A stretch of DNA of 64,000 bases from Patescibacteria group bacterium (GTDB taxonomy: Bacteria > Patescibacteriota > Minisyncoccia > Phycocordibacterales > EsbW-18): NCBI GenBank assembly GCA_038064475.1, contig JBBTTA010000001.1, positions 47,086-111,085 on the forward strand. The letters are read 5' to 3'. The stretch's first letter is position 1, and the number at the start of each line of letters is the position of its first letter. The position numbers and the translations under genes are program-made. A model generated the notes under the pieces. That model was not told the origin of the DNA and made no database searches. It saw nothing but the letters and a program-made list of their open reading frames with translations. This document shows, piece by piece, positions 28,991 to 41,800 of this stretch.

Positions 28991-29683
28991 ATGGAACCCC
29001 AACAGGAAAATAAATTACTTATCCCCGGAGCGCTTGTGATTGCAGGACTCCTAATTGGAGGCGCAATTTACTTTAAGGGTGACACCCCAGTAAAAACCCC
29101 CGACGACCTCACTCAACCTGCTGAAATCGCAATTGAACCTATTTCTCTAAACGATCATGTGTTGGGCAACCCAAATGCCTCTGTTGTGTTAATTGAGTTC
29201 TCTGACATCGACTGTCCATTTTGTAGAAACTTTGATACAACAATGCACCAGATTATTAATGAATATGGTGCAAGCGGAGATGTTGCGTGGGTCTATCGCC
29301 ACTTCCCACTTGACCAACTACACCCTGACGCACGCAAGAAGGCCGAAGCAACTGAGTGTGTAGCTAAGCTTGGTAGCAATGAGGCCTTTTGGGGCTTCCT
29401 TGGAGAACTTTTTGAGCGAACAGATGAGTCTCTGGCTGATCTTGGTGCACTTGCTGCTGATACAGGAGTTGATCAGACAGCGTTCCAATCATGTCTTGAT
29501 GGTGGAGAATTTATCGATGATGTTGTGGCAGCTGGTGAGGCAGCATTGAAAGCAGGCGGGCGTGGTACACCGTATACGGTGCTTATTGCTCCAAATGGAG
29601 AGAAAGCGGTTATCAGTGGCGCTCAGCCATACGAAGTCGTAAAACAAGCAATCGAAACAGCCCTTCTTCAGACAGCGAACTAG
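28991..29683 (+). CDS. DsbA/thioredoxin-fold thiol:disulfide oxidoreductase with N-terminal TM anchor
   Basis: CPFC active site at DIDCPFCRNF. N-terminal hydrophobic helix. Confidence 0.8.
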   Translation: MEPQQENKLLIPGALVIAGLLIGGAIYFKGDTPVKTPDDLTQPAEIAIEPISLNDHVLGNPNASVVLIEFSDIDCPFCRNFDTTMHQIINEYGASGDVAWVYRHFPLDQLHPDARKKAEATECVAKLGSNEAFWGFLGELFERTDESLADLGALAADTGVDQTAFQSCLDGGEFIDDVVAAGEAALKAGGRGTPYTVLIAPNGEKAVISGAQPYEVVKQAIETALLQTAN

Positions 29684-29718
29684 CTTATAGCTTGTAGCTT
29701 CATTAGCTTTTAGAAATA

Positions 29719-29751
29719 AAAACACCTGCATTAAGCAGGTGTTTTTATTTT
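29719..29751. terminator. bidirectional intrinsic terminator (aaaaacacctgc-atta-gcaggtgttttt)
   Basis: Perfect 8-bp GC-containing stem with flanking A/T runs. Lies between convergent genes. Confidence 0.75.
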
Positions 29752-29780
29752 CCTATCTTCCAGATTCCATCTTCTATCTC

Positions 29781-30599
29781 CTACTTTTTATTCAAATCAA
29801 AGCGATAGATCTCGAGAGAGTCTTTTCCTTCAAACATATCCGAGGGGTTTGGTAGGAATAGTTTTCTCGTACGAATATCTTCTGTCGCTTCAACAACAAG
29901 TCGATGAAAAAGTGCGAACTCTTTTCTATGTTTAGCAAAATCGATTACGTGTTTTCGCAACTGTGGCCGTCCGTCTTTATTCCTTCGTTTTTTACACTCG
30001 TATACAACGAATCGTCGCACGGGCTTTTTGAATTCGTAGAGCACGGTAAAGTAATTAAAAAGAGCCTGAATCATGAAAAGTGGATTGTCTGTTTCAACTG
30101 ATCCGTATGAATCCACAAATTTGTGATCGATAATGTCGACCGCTCGCGGGTCAAGTGTTGATACCACAACAAGGTCACTTATCGCTTTAATAGGAATTGG
30201 AACACCGGTAATTGGCGCAAATGCTTTTACTTCAATACCAAGTACTTTGTGTTTTGGTGGCTTGTCTAAATAAAAACCAATCGCTTGTCGATACTCGGCT
30301 TCCATTTCTTTTCGTTTTACTTTCTTTGCACGAAGACTTTTTGCTTTGCCAAAGTTTATTTCAAAATCAGGAACGTTGCGCAAATAATCCGCACCAAGTT
30401 CAATCGCTGCATCCTTTGGAGTTCCACCATAAAAATATTGGAGTGCTGTGTGTGCAGAACGGCCAATTATAGATGCGGGTGTTGCAGGAATATCATAGAC
30501 ACCTTCGACGTACCGTTTGTGCCATGTGAGAGGATTTCGCAGGTACGTCACCAAAGACGAGTAACTCCAGTATTTGATGGGGTATTTCCCTTTCGTCAT
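29781..30599 (-). CDS. PD-(D/E)xK nuclease superfamily protein (hypothetical)
   Basis: Contains ...VDIIDHKFVDS... (D-x-D/E-x-K pattern) and a downstream QxxxY. Length 272 aa. Confidence 0.45.
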   Translation of the reverse strand: MTKGKYPIKYWSYSSLVTYLRNPLTWHKRYVEGVYDIPATPASIIGRSAHTALQYFYGGTPKDAAIELGADYLRNVPDFEINFGKAKSLRAKKVKRKEMEAEYRQAIGFYLDKPPKHKVLGIEVKAFAPITGVPIPIKAISDLVVVSTLDPRAVDIIDHKFVDSYGSVETDNPLFMIQALFNYFTVLYEFKKPVRRFVVYECKKRRNKDGRPQLRKHVIDFAKHRKEFALFHRLVVEATEDIRTRKLFLPNPSDMFEGKDSLEIYRFDLNKK

Positions 30600-30688
30600 T
30601 TATACATTGTAGCAAAAGAAAAAGGCCCGGATTTCTCCGAGCCTTCTTCACGATTTTACGTTCGTGAGATTGATTCTTAACCCACCAG

Positions 30689-31045
30689 TTACCTGAATCG
30701 TGACCGAGATACCGTAGAAACCCACTTTGAGTTCGTACCTACGTTAGTACCCAGACCGAAGATCCACGTCATGACACACAACACCGGGTTGGTATCCCAG
30801 TAGTAGTGGATCGCGAGAATCGCTGCAAGCAGCCGAGGAGCGAAGAACCAACCGAGCCAAGCGAGCCAACCAACCGGATGGGCCGTTGCCACCAACATGG
30901 TAATGCGCGGAAAAAGGTTCATGAATACGAGAAACCAGATTCCGTGCACTTTCCAAAAGTCGGGGTTGGAAGTTGCTTCGATCGTTTGACCTGCACACCC
31001 AAAAACGAGAAGACACGGGATAAACAACACTGAGACTCGATTCAT
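30689..31045 (-). CDS. hypothetical small membrane protein (118 aa)
   Basis: Several hydrophobic helices. No recognisable domain. Confidence 0.5.
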   Translation of the reverse strand: MNRVSVLFIPCLLVFGCAGQTIEATSNPDFWKVHGIWFLVFMNLFPRITMLVATAHPVGWLAWLGWFFAPRLLAAILAIHYYWDTNPVLCVMTWIFGLGTNVGTNSKWVSTVSRSRFR

Positions 31046-31170
31046 CGAGACTCTCCTTTCAGGGATTTAATCCAAAAAGATTCTGGCAGAATACTTATTG
31101 TTTGTCAATGTCTGGAGTGAAACTCGAGAGGACCCGCGCAGAATCATTTGAGGCGCTTCGTCTCAAGGCA

Positions 31171-31210
31171 TCGGCGTTAAGGATATTTCCTTAACGCCGA
31201 TTTTCGTTTT
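31171..31210 (+). terminator. hairpin tcggcgttaagga-tattt-ccttaacgccga followed by a T-rich run (plus-strand orientation)
   Basis: 12-bp perfect stem. No annotated plus-strand gene upstream. Confidence 0.4.
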
Positions 31211-31276
31211 ATACAAAAGAAAAAGGCCCACCCTTCGTCGCTCTTTCGAGCTAAGAAGGACAGACCTTGTCGAGTG

Positions 31277-31900
31277 CTATTTGATTCTGAAAGAAGCGAG
31301 AGTCCAGTTGTTCTGCCGAAAGGCAAGAACCATAAGAGCCCCGTTCCCGAGGATTCCGACTGCAATGGGATGTACAAGTTGTGGCCAAGCCCATCCTGAG
31401 GGCGAACCCAGTACCACAAGCGTCATGAGGACGTACGCGGTGGTCGCAAGAGCCCAAGGAAGAGGGAGTTCCTTGCCAACATTGGTGTACAACGCATTGA
31501 CCTGTGGCCAGAACGCAAGAAGCATCACACCCTGCAAGAGTAGGTTTGCTAGCACCTTGTCATTCATTGTCCACCAAATCACCACGATACCCATGGCAAA
31601 GATGAAACAGAAAACTTCCAGTATCCGTACAGGCGAGAATTTTCTCTTAAAACACGAGTAGAGAAAAATTCCCACCAACCCGGCGGCGGAAACAACCGTC
31701 ACAACTGTCTTGAGCCAGCTCCCGTCCGCGACTTGAAAATACAGAGCCACGTTGATGATGCTGACGATTGACCGGATGAGAAAGGTTGCCGGATTGGGCG
31801 TCACCTTCTCTCCAGTAATCAAGTAGTACAGATACAATGCCACCGTTCCCAGAAGGAACAGGCTGGCGACCAGCGCAAGCACTGCGACTGTCGTCTGCAT
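31277..31900 (-). CDS. hypothetical polytopic membrane protein (207 aa)
   Basis: Six or more hydrophobic segments. Confidence 0.55.
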   Translation of the reverse strand: MQTTVAVLALVASLFLLGTVALYLYYLITGEKVTPNPATFLIRSIVSIINVALYFQVADGSWLKTVVTVVSAAGLVGIFLYSCFKRKFSPVRILEVFCFIFAMGIVVIWWTMNDKVLANLLLQGVMLLAFWPQVNALYTNVGKELPLPWALATTAYVLMTLVVLGSPSGWAWPQLVHPIAVGILGNGALMVLAFRQNNWTLASFRIK

Positions 31901-32081
31901 TTTTATTCCCTCCAGAAGTTGTTGTTGGTTTCAGTTGGAATCAACACACTCTCAAAGAACTTACATACATATTATAACACCATTTATACCTATTTGTCAA
32001 TAACACAAAAACCACCCTATTCAGGTGGTTTTTGTGTAGCTTCTCCCTTCTATAAGCTAAAAGCTATCAGCTATAAGCTTC

Positions 32082-33350
32082 CTAGTAATTTTTCAGCTGC
32101 TGAGCCTTATGGTGCTGGCGAATACGTTCATGTGCCTTCGCTTCAATCTGACGAATACGTTCACGTGTCACACCAAACTCCTTACCCACCTCTTCAAGTG
32201 TGTGTGCAATACCATCCGTCAAACCGTTACGCAATTCGAGAATCTTTCGCTCCTTTGGAGAAAGCTCTGACAAGACTTCCTGAATGTGCTCTGCCAAGAT
32301 ACGCTGTGATGCTTCTTTATCAGGACTAGGCATATGCTCATCTTTGATGAAGTCACCAAGTGTTGAACCCTTTTCATCGTCGTCACCAACAGGAAGCTCA
32401 AGAGACACCGTATTCTGATTGATTTGCTGAATATGGTGAATCTTCTCTACTTCCATACCCATTTCAACTGCAATTTCTTCAGCCAATGGTTCGCGACCAA
32501 GATCCTGCGCCAAACGACGCACGATACGCTTGTACTTCGCAATTGTTTCCACCATATGGACTGGAATACGAATCGTTCGAGATTGGTCAGCGATTGCACG
32601 TGTCACTGCCTGACGAATCCACCATGTCGCATATGTTGAGAATTTGAAACCCTTCGTCCAGTCGAACTTTTCAACGGCTTTGTAGAGACCGATGTTTCCT
32701 TCCTGAATAAGATCGAGGAGTGTGAGGTTTGAACTGCGATTCGCATACTTCTTTGCAATTGAGACCACAAGACGGAGGTTTGCACGCATGAGCATGTTCT
32801 TTGCTTCTTCATCGCCGAGAGCAATACGCTTCGCCAATTCTTTTTCCATGTTTCCATTGATGAGGTCATATTTCCCAATGTCACGGAGATACATTTGAAT
32901 TGAGTCGTAGCGTGTGTCTTCACGGTGATACACACTCTTCTCATCACGTCCTTCCCCTTCACCAAAGTCCAAAAGGCCCCCGCTTTCAATCACATCAATA
33001 CCTTCAGATTCGAGTTGATCGTAGATTTCTTCGAGGAAGAGCACGTCGTCTTCGATGTTGGGGAACTCCTTCAAAATTTCATCGTAGGTGATGAAACCAC
33101 GCTCACGTCCTTTGACGAAAAGCTTATCCGCCTTTTGACGGCGCGCTGCCTCCTTCTTGGTGAGTTTCTTTGGTGGTGAAACCTTTGCTACCACTTTTTT
33201 GAGACTCACTTTTGCCACCTTTTTTGCGAGAGGCTTTTTTGCTTTAGGAGATTTCTTCGCGACTTTTTTGGATCGCTTTGTGCTCTTCAAAGAAGTTTTT
33301 CTTTTTGAAACTTTCTTCGATGCTGTTCGTTTCTTAGCAGGGCGTGACAT
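32082..33350 (-). CDS. rpoD: RNA polymerase sigma-70 factor (primary sigma) with Lys-rich N-terminal extension
   Basis: Region 2 ([17 protein letters not shown]...YATWWIRQA), region 3 and region 4 ([12 protein letters not shown]...TLEEVG) are present. N-terminal 80 aa are K/A/P-rich. Confidence 0.93.
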   Translation of the reverse strand: MSRPAKKRTASKKVSKRKTSLKSTKRSKKVAKKSPKAKKPLAKKVAKVSLKKVVAKVSPPKKLTKKEAARRQKADKLFVKGRERGFITYDEILKEFPNIEDDVLFLEEIYDQLESEGIDVIESGGLLDFGEGEGRDEKSVYHREDTRYDSIQMYLRDIGKYDLINGNMEKELAKRIALGDEEAKNMLMRANLRLVVSIAKKYANRSSNLTLLDLIQEGNIGLYKAVEKFDWTKGFKFSTYATWWIRQAVTRAIADQSRTIRIPVHMVETIAKYKRIVRRLAQDLGREPLAEEIAVEMGMEVEKIHHIQQINQNTVSLELPVGDDDEKGSTLGDFIKDEHMPSPDKEASQRILAEHIQEVLSELSPKERKILELRNGLTDGIAHTLEEVGKEFGVTRERIRQIEAKAHERIRQHHKAQQLKNY

Positions 33351-33383
33351 AGTGTGTAATTGTATATATTTTAAAATGAAAAC

Positions 33384-35105
33384 CTACGAACGTAAACCCT
33401 CCAACTCTTTTGATAATTTTGTGCACTCCACTAAAATTTCTTTCGCTTTCTCTGCATCTCCCGAACGTTCCGCGACCGCAAGCGCCTGCATCGCCTCCGC
33501 AAAACGGATCTTCAGCATGTCGCTCTTTAATCGAGAAAGCATTTCGTTAATGTGACGCGAAAGTATATCACTGTCTTCAAACGTCGCTTCGGCTTCGAAC
33601 GCAAGTACACCAACTTCTTCCGGCGTGAAGAACTCTGTTGGATGCTTACCAAGCATCTCAACAATCTCTTTCGTTATATGAGGAACATCAAACGATTTCG
33701 TTTCCGCTTTTTCTTGCCATGCCAATATGCCGGCAAGCTCTCGCACAATGTGTGTTGGCCCCTGTGTTTGTTCCGCTTGTGCTCCTCTGGTATCTGTTAT
33801 TTGTTCTCTGTTTTCTTCTTCTGTAAAAGCAACCTTCGCAAGCTCTTCCAAAACCAACGACTCATCAACACCTAGTACGCGGGCAATGGTTCCAATAAAG
33901 TGCGCCTGATCAATACGATTTCCTATAAGCGAAGCGTACGGCAAGACATCAGACCGAACTTTCTGTTTAAACTTCCTATCATCGTCGCCGTGGAGGTTCT
34001 TTGTTCTCGCGAGCAAGAAATCAATAACATGAGACGCTTCACGAATAGCTGTTTTCCATGCGTCCAAATCCTTGCTAATTGTGTCCGCAGGATCACTTCC
34101 TTCAGGTAATGTTGCGATCTTCACATCCATGCCAGCACGGAGTGACATGCGCGCCGTTTTCTTCATTGAAGCAATACCCGCATCATCTGCATCAAGCGCA
34201 ATCAAAAGATTGTTCGTGAAGCGCATTAGTTTTTCGACATGTTGCGGTGTGAATGCTGTACCCATCACCGCAACAGTATTTGTGAAGCCTGCTTGATGCG
34301 ACATGATGAGATCGATTGGTCCTTCAACAAGAATGGCAAAGTCATATTTACGCATCGAACCTTTTGCACGATCAAGACCGTACAATGTTTCTGATTTTTT
34401 GAACAGTGGCGTCTCTGGAGAGTTTATGTACTTCGGTGCATTGTCATTAGAGATCAAAATGCGTCCAGAGAATGCCGCGACGCGACCCGACGCGTCGAAT
34501 ATCGGAAACATCACACGTGCACGGAAGACGTCGTAGTGACCATGTTCTGTTGAAGCACCTTCCGTGTCTTTCTGCTTCACCAAACCGGCGCGACGCATTT
34601 CATCCAATGAAAATCCTTTTTTTAAAAGATAGTCGTGGAGATGTCGCCAGCCATCCGGTGCATATCCAATACGGAATGTCGTGATAGTGCGCTCTTCAAT
34701 TTTTCTATCTGCGAGATACTTCTTTGCGTCCGCTGCTTGTGTGAGTGCACTTTCGAAGAATTGACATGCTTCTTCACATGCAGCGAGCAAACGCTTGTTT
34801 GGGTTGGTGTCGTCAAACGTTTTCGTATCAAGTTGTACACCTGCACGTTCGGAAAGTAATTTGAGTGCGCCGACAAAATCAACACCCTCAAAATGCTCAA
34901 CGAACGTGAAAATATCTCCCTTGGCGCCGCAACCAAAACAGTAGTAGCTATCGCGTTCAGGCGACACGAAGAACGATGGCGTTTTTTCGTTGTGAAATGG
35001 ACAACGCCCTTTGAAGTTCTTTCCCGCTTTCTCAAGCTTGATGTAGCTTGTGACTACGTCAACGATTGAGAGGCGCTCTTTAATCTGTTCGGTTGATGAT
35101 GACAT
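33384..35105 (-). CDS. dnaG: DNA primase
   Basis: Zinc-binding motif CPFHNEKTPSF...CFGCG. TOPRIM domain with EGPIDLIM and ALDADDAG. Confidence 0.92.
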   Translation of the reverse strand: MSSSTEQIKERLSIVDVVTSYIKLEKAGKNFKGRCPFHNEKTPSFFVSPERDSYYCFGCGAKGDIFTFVEHFEGVDFVGALKLLSERAGVQLDTKTFDDTNPNKRLLAACEEACQFFESALTQAADAKKYLADRKIEERTITTFRIGYAPDGWRHLHDYLLKKGFSLDEMRRAGLVKQKDTEGASTEHGHYDVFRARVMFPIFDASGRVAAFSGRILISNDNAPKYINSPETPLFKKSETLYGLDRAKGSMRKYDFAILVEGPIDLIMSHQAGFTNTVAVMGTAFTPQHVEKLMRFTNNLLIALDADDAGIASMKKTARMSLRAGMDVKIATLPEGSDPADTISKDLDAWKTAIREASHVIDFLLARTKNLHGDDDRKFKQKVRSDVLPYASLIGNRIDQAHFIGTIARVLGVDESLVLEELAKVAFTEEENREQITDTRGAQAEQTQGPTHIVRELAGILAWQEKAETKSFDVPHITKEIVEMLGKHPTEFFTPEEVGVLAFEAEATFEDSDILSRHINEMLSRLKSDMLKIRFAEAMQALAVAERSGDAEKAKEILVECTKLSKELEGLRS

Positions 35106-35168
35106 GTGGGAATAGCAGGAAAACATTATATGCTCTCCAAAAACCCTAGCGAACAAAAGTAAAAGGAA

Positions 35169-38100
35169 CTACTCCAACTCAACTGCTGCTGCTTCTGCCG
35201 CACGATACTTCTCTTCCAACTCTTTCTGGAACGCAGTCACCATGTCATGCTTTGGACTACCCGGAAAACCAGTCCCTGCAGGAATAAGGCGTCCGATGAT
35301 GATGTTTTCCTTCAAACCTGACAATGTGTCCTTCTTTCCACGAACCGCTGCATCGATGAGCACTTTGTTTGTGTGCTGGAAGGATGCCGCTGAAAGGAAT
35401 GATGAACGTGAGAGCGCAACGTTTGTGATACCCAATACGAGCGGAATAAGTTTTGCTTCTTTCTTATCAGCCGCTTTTGCTTCTTCGTTCGCTTTGCGTG
35501 CTTCCCACACTTCGATTACTGAACCGCGCTGGAGTCGTGTCTCACCCGCATCCTTAACCTGAACACGTGAGAACATTTGCTTGATGATTGTCTCGATGTG
35601 CTTGCGCGCAACTGCTGCACCCTGCAATTCGTAGATCTTGCTGATTTCATCAATGATGTAGTTTTGTGTTCGTTCTTTGCCCGCGTGTTTGAAGAGTTCG
35701 GTGAGGTCTGCTGAACCGTCCGTAAGGAGTTGCCCCTTTACGACACTATCACCCACCTTCACCAATGGTGTGCGGCGGTAGTACGCAGAGTATTCAATTG
35801 CACCTGCCTTTGCTTTCTTTTCAACTTCAGCGGGAAGCACCTTGATTACCTTTTCGTGACCGCTATCAATAACTTCAGTGACGACACCGTCAACTTCTGA
35901 AATGATTGCTGGGTTTTTCGGAGGTCGGCGTTCGAAGATTTCTTGTACGCGTGGAAGACCAGACACAATATCACCCCCTGCTGCTGCAGTACCACCGGCG
36001 TGGAAAGTACGCATCGTAAGTTGTGTGGCAGGTTCACCGATTGACTGTGCGGCAACCGTACCAATTGCTTCACCGAGTGCGATTGGTTGACCTGAACCTA
36101 AGTCTTTTCCGTAACACTTCTGACAAATACCACGTGATGTCTCACATGACATTACTGAGCGTACGACAACTTGTGTAATGTGAGCCTTTTCAATTTCCTC
36201 TGCAATTTCGTCTGTAACGAATTCACCGCGCTTGTAGAGTGTCTCACCTGCTTGACTCTTTATTTCTTTAGCAAGGAAGCGTCCCGTGATGCCCTTTGAA
36301 AGTGAGACTTCGATACCGCCCAAGTTCTTTGATTCAACAACGAGTCCTTCGCGTGTACCACAGTCTTCTTCGAGAACCACAACGTCTTGTGCCACATCAA
36401 AGAGACGACGTGTGAGATATCCTGACTGTGCAGTGTTCAACGCTGTGTCACCAAGACCCTTACGAGAACCGTTTGTCGTAATGAAGTATTCGATTGGTGA
36501 AAGACCTTCTTTACTTGATGAAAGAATTGGGAAGTCGATTGTTCGGCCTTGTGAACCAGCAATGAGACCCTTCATACCTGCAAGGTTTGTGATCTGACCG
36601 ATGTTACCTCGAGCACCTGACTTCCACATGGTGAAAATAGGACCGTTCACATCGAGTGAATCTCCCACTGCCTTTTCCATGTCGGTACGGAGCCCGTGCC
36701 ATACCTCAATGTGCATGCGGAATCGTTCTTCTTCTGAAAGGAGACCATCGTTAAACTGTGAAGAAATTTCATCTGCTCGTTTGCGTGCGCCTGCAATGAG
36801 TTCGTCCTTACCCTTTGGTGTTGGAACGTCACCAAGAGAAAGTGTTGTGCCTGACTGTGTTGAGTACGTGAATCCAAACTGCTTAATCTTGTCGAGAATT
36901 TTTGCTGTATCAATAGAATCGTACTTTTCAATAAGCATGTTCACCAACTCTGACATTTCTTTCTTTGTTATTTCCTTGTTGATGAAAGGCCACCCTGAAG
37001 GAAGGATTGTGTTGAAGAGAAGTCGTCCAACTGATGTTTCGAATGCTTCACCCTTGAAATGTGCATAGCGAACGCTCTCCGTTGGATACACCCTAATCTT
37101 TGCGCGTGGAGAAACGGCTTTGAAGTCGTAGGCAAGAATCGCATCATTTGGTGTTGCAAATACCTTACCTTCACCCAATTCACCGGAAATCATGCGTGTC
37201 ATCCAATAACAACCGAGAATAATGTCTTGGTGACCAACAGATACAATAGGTGTTCCGCTACCTGGACGGAGCATGTTCTTGTTTGATGCCATGATTTCAC
37301 GTGCTTCCATCTGTGCTTCTTCTGAAAGTGGAACGTGAACAGCCATCTGGTCACCGTCGAAATCGGCATTGTACGCCTGCACCACGAGTGGGTGAATCTG
37401 AATAGCCTGACCTTCAATCAAGATTGGACGGAACGCCTGAATACCAAGACGGTGAAGTGTTGGTGCGCGGTTCAAGAGAACGTATTTGTTCAAAATCACC
37501 TCTTCAAGAATTGCCCATACTTCTGGTCCTGCTTCTTCAATGAGACGCCCTGCGCCACGAATGTTGTATGCGTAGCCACGACTAATCAAACGAGAAATAA
37601 TGAATGGACGGAAAAGTTCCAACGCCATCTGTTTTGGCAAACCACATTGGTCGAGTGCGAGTGTAGGACCAACAACGATAACGGATCGTCCTGAGTAGTC
37701 TACACGCTTACCGAGAAGGTTCTGACGGAAGATACCTTGCTTACCTTTGAGGTTATCTGACAGAGACTTCAATGGACGGCGTTGAGCCTGTGACACAGCG
37801 GCTGAACCACCTGGGTGACGCATCGAGTTGTCGATGAGTGCGTCTACCGCTTCCTGCAAAATACGCTTTTCGTTGCGGAGAATAACTGCAGGCGCGTGGA
37901 TTTCCATGAGCTTCTTCAAACGGTTGTTGCGGTTGATGACACGACGGTAGAGATCGTTAAGATCTGACGTAGCGTGACGTCCTCCTTCGAGCGCAACCAT
38001 AGGACGGAGCGCAGCAGGAATAACTGGAATGTTTGAGAGAAACATCCATTCAGGACGTATCTTTGAGCCCAACATTGAACGGACGAGTCCGAGACGCTTA

Positions 38101-38861
38101 CGAAGCTTCTTCTTGTCCTCCCCCTCACTTTCGAGGAGCTCCCCTTCGAGTTCTTTTGCAAGCTTCTCAAGATCAATCTTCTTCATGAGTTCAAACACCG
38201 CTTCAGCACCAATACCTGCCTCGAAGAATGTACCGTACTTCATTGCGAAACGGCTGTATGTTGCTTCATCAAGAACACTGTATGGTTTGATACCCGTGAT
38301 ATCTTTCTTTGTTGCAAGGTAGACCTCTTTGAGTTTGTCTTTCGATTTCTCATCTTTGAGCGCCTTCAACTTTGCTTTGTATTCAGTATCGAGACCTTTG
38401 AGAAGACTGTCGCGTTCGTCTTCAATAATTGAGGTCACGATGTAGCCCGCAAAGTAAATTACCTTTTCAAGATCTTGTCCTGTCACGTCGAGCATCAAGC
38501 CCATGCGTGATGGCACGTTGCGCAAGAACCAGATGTGCGACACAGGAGTTGCAAGTGTGATGTGACCCATGCGTTCACGACGAACGATTGAGCGTGTGAT
38601 TTCAACTCCACACTTTTCACACACAATACCCTTGTAGCGAATCCCCTTGTATTTTCCACAGTAACATTCGAAATCTCGTTCTGGACCGAAAATGCGTTCG
38701 TCGAAGAGACCGTTCTTTTCACTACGCTGTGTACGGTAGTTGATGGTTTCAGGCTTCGTGACTTCACCGTGTGACCACTCCATCACCTTCTCAGGGCTCG
38801 CAACCTTGATTGTCATCGAATCGAAATCCGACTGCGTTATGTTGTGTTGGTGTCGTTGCAT
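35169..38861 (-). CDS. rpoC: DNA-directed RNA polymerase beta' subunit
   Basis: [12 protein letters not shown] catalytic motif. Zinc-binding CYCGKYK...C. About 1230 aa. Start trimmed to MQRHQHN. Confidence 0.95.
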   Translation of the reverse strand: MQRHQHNITQSDFDSMTIKVASPEKVMEWSHGEVTKPETINYRTQRSEKNGLFDERIFGPERDFECYCGKYKGIRYKGIVCEKCGVEITRSIVRRERMGHITLATPVSHIWFLRNVPSRMGLMLDVTGQDLEKVIYFAGYIVTSIIEDERDSLLKGLDTEYKAKLKALKDEKSKDKLKEVYLATKKDITGIKPYSVLDEATYSRFAMKYGTFFEAGIGAEAVFELMKKIDLEKLAKELEGELLESEGEDKKKLRKRLGLVRSMLGSKIRPEWMFLSNIPVIPAALRPMVALEGGRHATSDLNDLYRRVINRNNRLKKLMEIHAPAVILRNEKRILQEAVDALIDNSMRHPGGSAAVSQAQRRPLKSLSDNLKGKQGIFRQNLLGKRVDYSGRSVIVVGPTLALDQCGLPKQMALELFRPFIISRLISRGYAYNIRGAGRLIEEAGPEVWAILEEVILNKYVLLNRAPTLHRLGIQAFRPILIEGQAIQIHPLVVQAYNADFDGDQMAVHVPLSEEAQMEAREIMASNKNMLRPGSGTPIVSVGHQDIILGCYWMTRMISGELGEGKVFATPNDAILAYDFKAVSPRAKIRVYPTESVRYAHFKGEAFETSVGRLLFNTILPSGWPFINKEITKKEMSELVNMLIEKYDSIDTAKILDKIKQFGFTYSTQSGTTLSLGDVPTPKGKDELIAGARKRADEISSQFNDGLLSEEERFRMHIEVWHGLRTDMEKAVGDSLDVNGPIFTMWKSGARGNIGQITNLAGMKGLIAGSQGRTIDFPILSSSKEGLSPIEYFITTNGSRKGLGDTALNTAQSGYLTRRLFDVAQDVVVLEEDCGTREGLVVESKNLGGIEVSLSKGITGRFLAKEIKSQAGETLYKRGEFVTDEIAEEIEKAHITQVVVRSVMSCETSRGICQKCYGKDLGSGQPIALGEAIGTVAAQSIGEPATQLTMRTFHAGGTAAAGGDIVSGLPRVQEIFERRPPKNPAIISEVDGVVTEVIDSGHEKVIKVLPAEVEKKAKAGAIEYSAYYRRTPLVKVGDSVVKGQLLTDGSADLTELFKHAGKERTQNYIIDEISKIYELQGAAVARKHIETIIKQMFSRVQVKDAGETRLQRGSVIEVWEARKANEEAKAADKKEAKLIPLVLGITNVALSRSSFLSAASFQHTNKVLIDAAVRGKKDTLSGLKENIIIGRLIPAGTGFPGSPKHDMVTAFQKELEEKYRAAEAAAVELE

Positions 38862-38862
38862 A

Positions 38863-41800
38863 TTAGTTTCGGTTAGGTTCACGAGCTGGTGTTTGTAATT
38901 CAACATCAAGCGCAAGACCACGCATGTAGTGGAGAAGCACGTTGAATGATGCTGGTGTACCTGGTGGTTTGATACGTGTACCACGAACGATTGAGTCAAA
39001 TGTTGCTGAACGGCCGACGATATCGTCAGACTTCACGGTGAGCATTTCACGCAAGGTGTATGCTGCACCGTATCCGAGAAGCGCCCACACTTCCATTTCT
39101 CCGAATCGCTGACCACCGTTTTGTGCGCGACCTCCGAGAGGCTGTTGTGTAATAAGTGAGTACGGACCAATGGCGCGCATGTGGATCTTGTCTTCCACCA
39201 TGTGTTCAAGCTTCAGGATGTACATGTATCCCACAGAAATATCCTGTTCGAATGATTCACCTGTGCGACCGTCGTACAATTTCATTTTTCCTGACTCTGC
39301 AAATCCTGCCTTCTTCAATTCTTCTCTGATTTCAACATCTGTTGCACCAACAAATGGAGGAACAACGGCTTGGTAGTCGAGTGTCTTTGCGGCAAGACCG
39401 AGGTGAAGTTCAAGAATCTGTCCAAGGTTCATACGTGATGGCACACCGAGTGGTGTCAAAATCACGTCAACAGGTGTTCCGTCTGCCATACGTGGCATGT
39501 CTTCAACAGGAACCACGCGTGAGATAACACCCTTGTTACCGTGACGTCCAGCGAGTTTGTCACCCACATTCACGTTACGGAGTTGCGCAATTTCAATATA
39601 CATTTTCTTGATGATGCCTGATTCAAGCTGGTCACCTTTTTCGCGTGAGAATACTTTCACACCGATAACGCGACCGCGCTTACCACCTTCCATGCGAAGT
39701 GAAGTGTCTTTCACGTCACGCGCTTTGTCTCCGAAGATTGAACGGAGGAGGCGTTCTTCAGGAGTCAACTGCGACTCACCTTTTGGTGTAATTTTACCAA
39801 CAAGAATGTCGCCTGGTTCTACTTCAGAACCAATACGAACCACACCTTCTTCATCGAGGTTCTTCAATTTTGTTTCACCGACGTTCGGAATGTCATTTGT
39901 CGTTACTTCAGGACCAAGTTTTGTGTCACGCACGTTTACTGCAAATTCTTCAATGTGAATTGATGAGAGATAGTTGTCACGCACCAATCGTTCAGAAATG
40001 ATGATGGCGTCTTCAAAGTTATTACCTGACCATGACATGAATGCCACAAGGAGGTTTTGTCCGATAGCGAGCTGACCGCCAACCGATGTTGATGTGTCCG
40101 CCAAGAGGTCCCCTCGTTTTACAGAGTCGCCCACACTCACCACAGGGCGCTGGTGAAATACTGTAAAGCCGTTTGTTCGTGAGAAGTTGATAAGGTTGTA
40201 GGTATCATCCTTACCTTTGCTGTTCTTCACCACAATTTTACGTGCGTCAGCAAACTTAACCATTCCTGCTTCGCGGGCGTAGACAAGACGTCCTGAGTCA
40301 CGTGCAGCGTATTCTTCAACACCTGTCGCAACGTACGGAGCTTCTGGACGAACACAAGGCACCGCTTGCTTCTGCATGTTTGAGGCCATGAGCGCGCGGT
40401 TTGCTTCGTTGTGGTTCAAAAATGGAACGAGAGATGAAGCGATTGAGTACGCTTGATTTGTTGCAACGTCGATGTAATCAACTTCTTTTGGAGAAACGAT
40501 TTCAGGACGTCCACCTTTCACACGTGCTTCAACGCGCTTTTCTGTAATCACGCCTTTCTCATCACGTGCTGTTGCGGCGTGCGCAATCTTGTAGAGGTCT
40601 TCGTCACGTGCGTTCAAATACGTAATTTCTTTTGTTACGATGCCGTTTTCTACCTTTGCATATGGTGTTTCGATAATACCGAAATCGTTGATACGAGCGT
40701 GTGTTGCCAAGTGGAGAATAAGACCGATGTTTGGACCTTCTGGTGTGTGGATAGGACACAGACGTCCGTAGTGCGACACGTGCACGTCACGAACTTCAAA
40801 GCCGGCTCGCTCACGCGAAAGACCTCCAGGACCGAGGGCCGAGAGTGTACGCAAGTGTTCAAGCTCCGTGAGGATGTTCTCCTGCTGCATGAACTGTGAG
40901 AGCTGGTTTGTTGTGTAAAATTCCTTGATTTGTGCCTGAAGAGGCTTTGGATTCAAGATTTGAATTGGAAGCGTTGTTTCCGCATCAATAATAGACATGC
41001 GGTCCTGAATGTTTCGTTTCATGCGAGAAAGACCCACACGCATTTTTTGCTGGAGCATTTCGCCGATGTAGCGAACACGACGGCTTGCGAGATCATCAAC
41101 ATCGTCCGCTTGTGAACCCGGTGTCGTGTTCAACATTGCAATGTGGTTCACGATCATGACGATGTCAGAAAGTGATAACGTTCGCTCTCCGAGTGCCTTC
41201 TTCTCAATTGAAAGACCGAAGCGCTGGTTGAAGCGAAATCGTCCCACTTCTGAAAGGTCGTATCGTTCAGGGTCAAAAATTGACTTCACGAATTCGCGAG
41301 CGTTATCAACTGTTGCCAATTCCCCATCGCGGAGCTTTTTGTGAATTTCGATGAATGATTCGTCCTGTGTTGCTACGGTGTCGACAGCAAGTGTCTTTTC
41401 AATGTAGGGGAGTGTTTCTGGCTTCCCTTTGAAAAGGGCCTTGATATCATCGTTTGTTTTTGCGCCCAACACACGGAGGAGGTGTGTTACAGGGAATTTA
41501 CGTTTGCGGTCAATACGAACCTGAAATGTACCATTTGGTTCTGTTTCGATTTCAACCCATGCACCACGTGATGGAATTACCTTCGCGCCGAAGTATTCCT
41601 TACCACGATATTCTTGTGCAGAAAAAAGCACACCAAATGAGCGGATGAGCTGAGGGACGATGACACGTTCAACACCGTTGATAATGAACGTTCCGTGACT
41701 CGTCTGCATTGGGAAATCAGTGATGAAAATCTCCTGTTCCTTTTCCGTGCCAAGCATCTTGTTGATGAGCTTTACACGAGCTTTGAGCTGACCCTCGAGG

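Noticed and set aside
35169-38999. The 1276-aa ORF reported for rpoC, and similar N-terminal extensions on aspS, proS, murA, holB, priA and rpoB ORFs.
   Set aside because: Upstream in-frame codons overlap the preceding gene or noncoding structure. Starts were trimmed to the Met that matches conserved N-termini.
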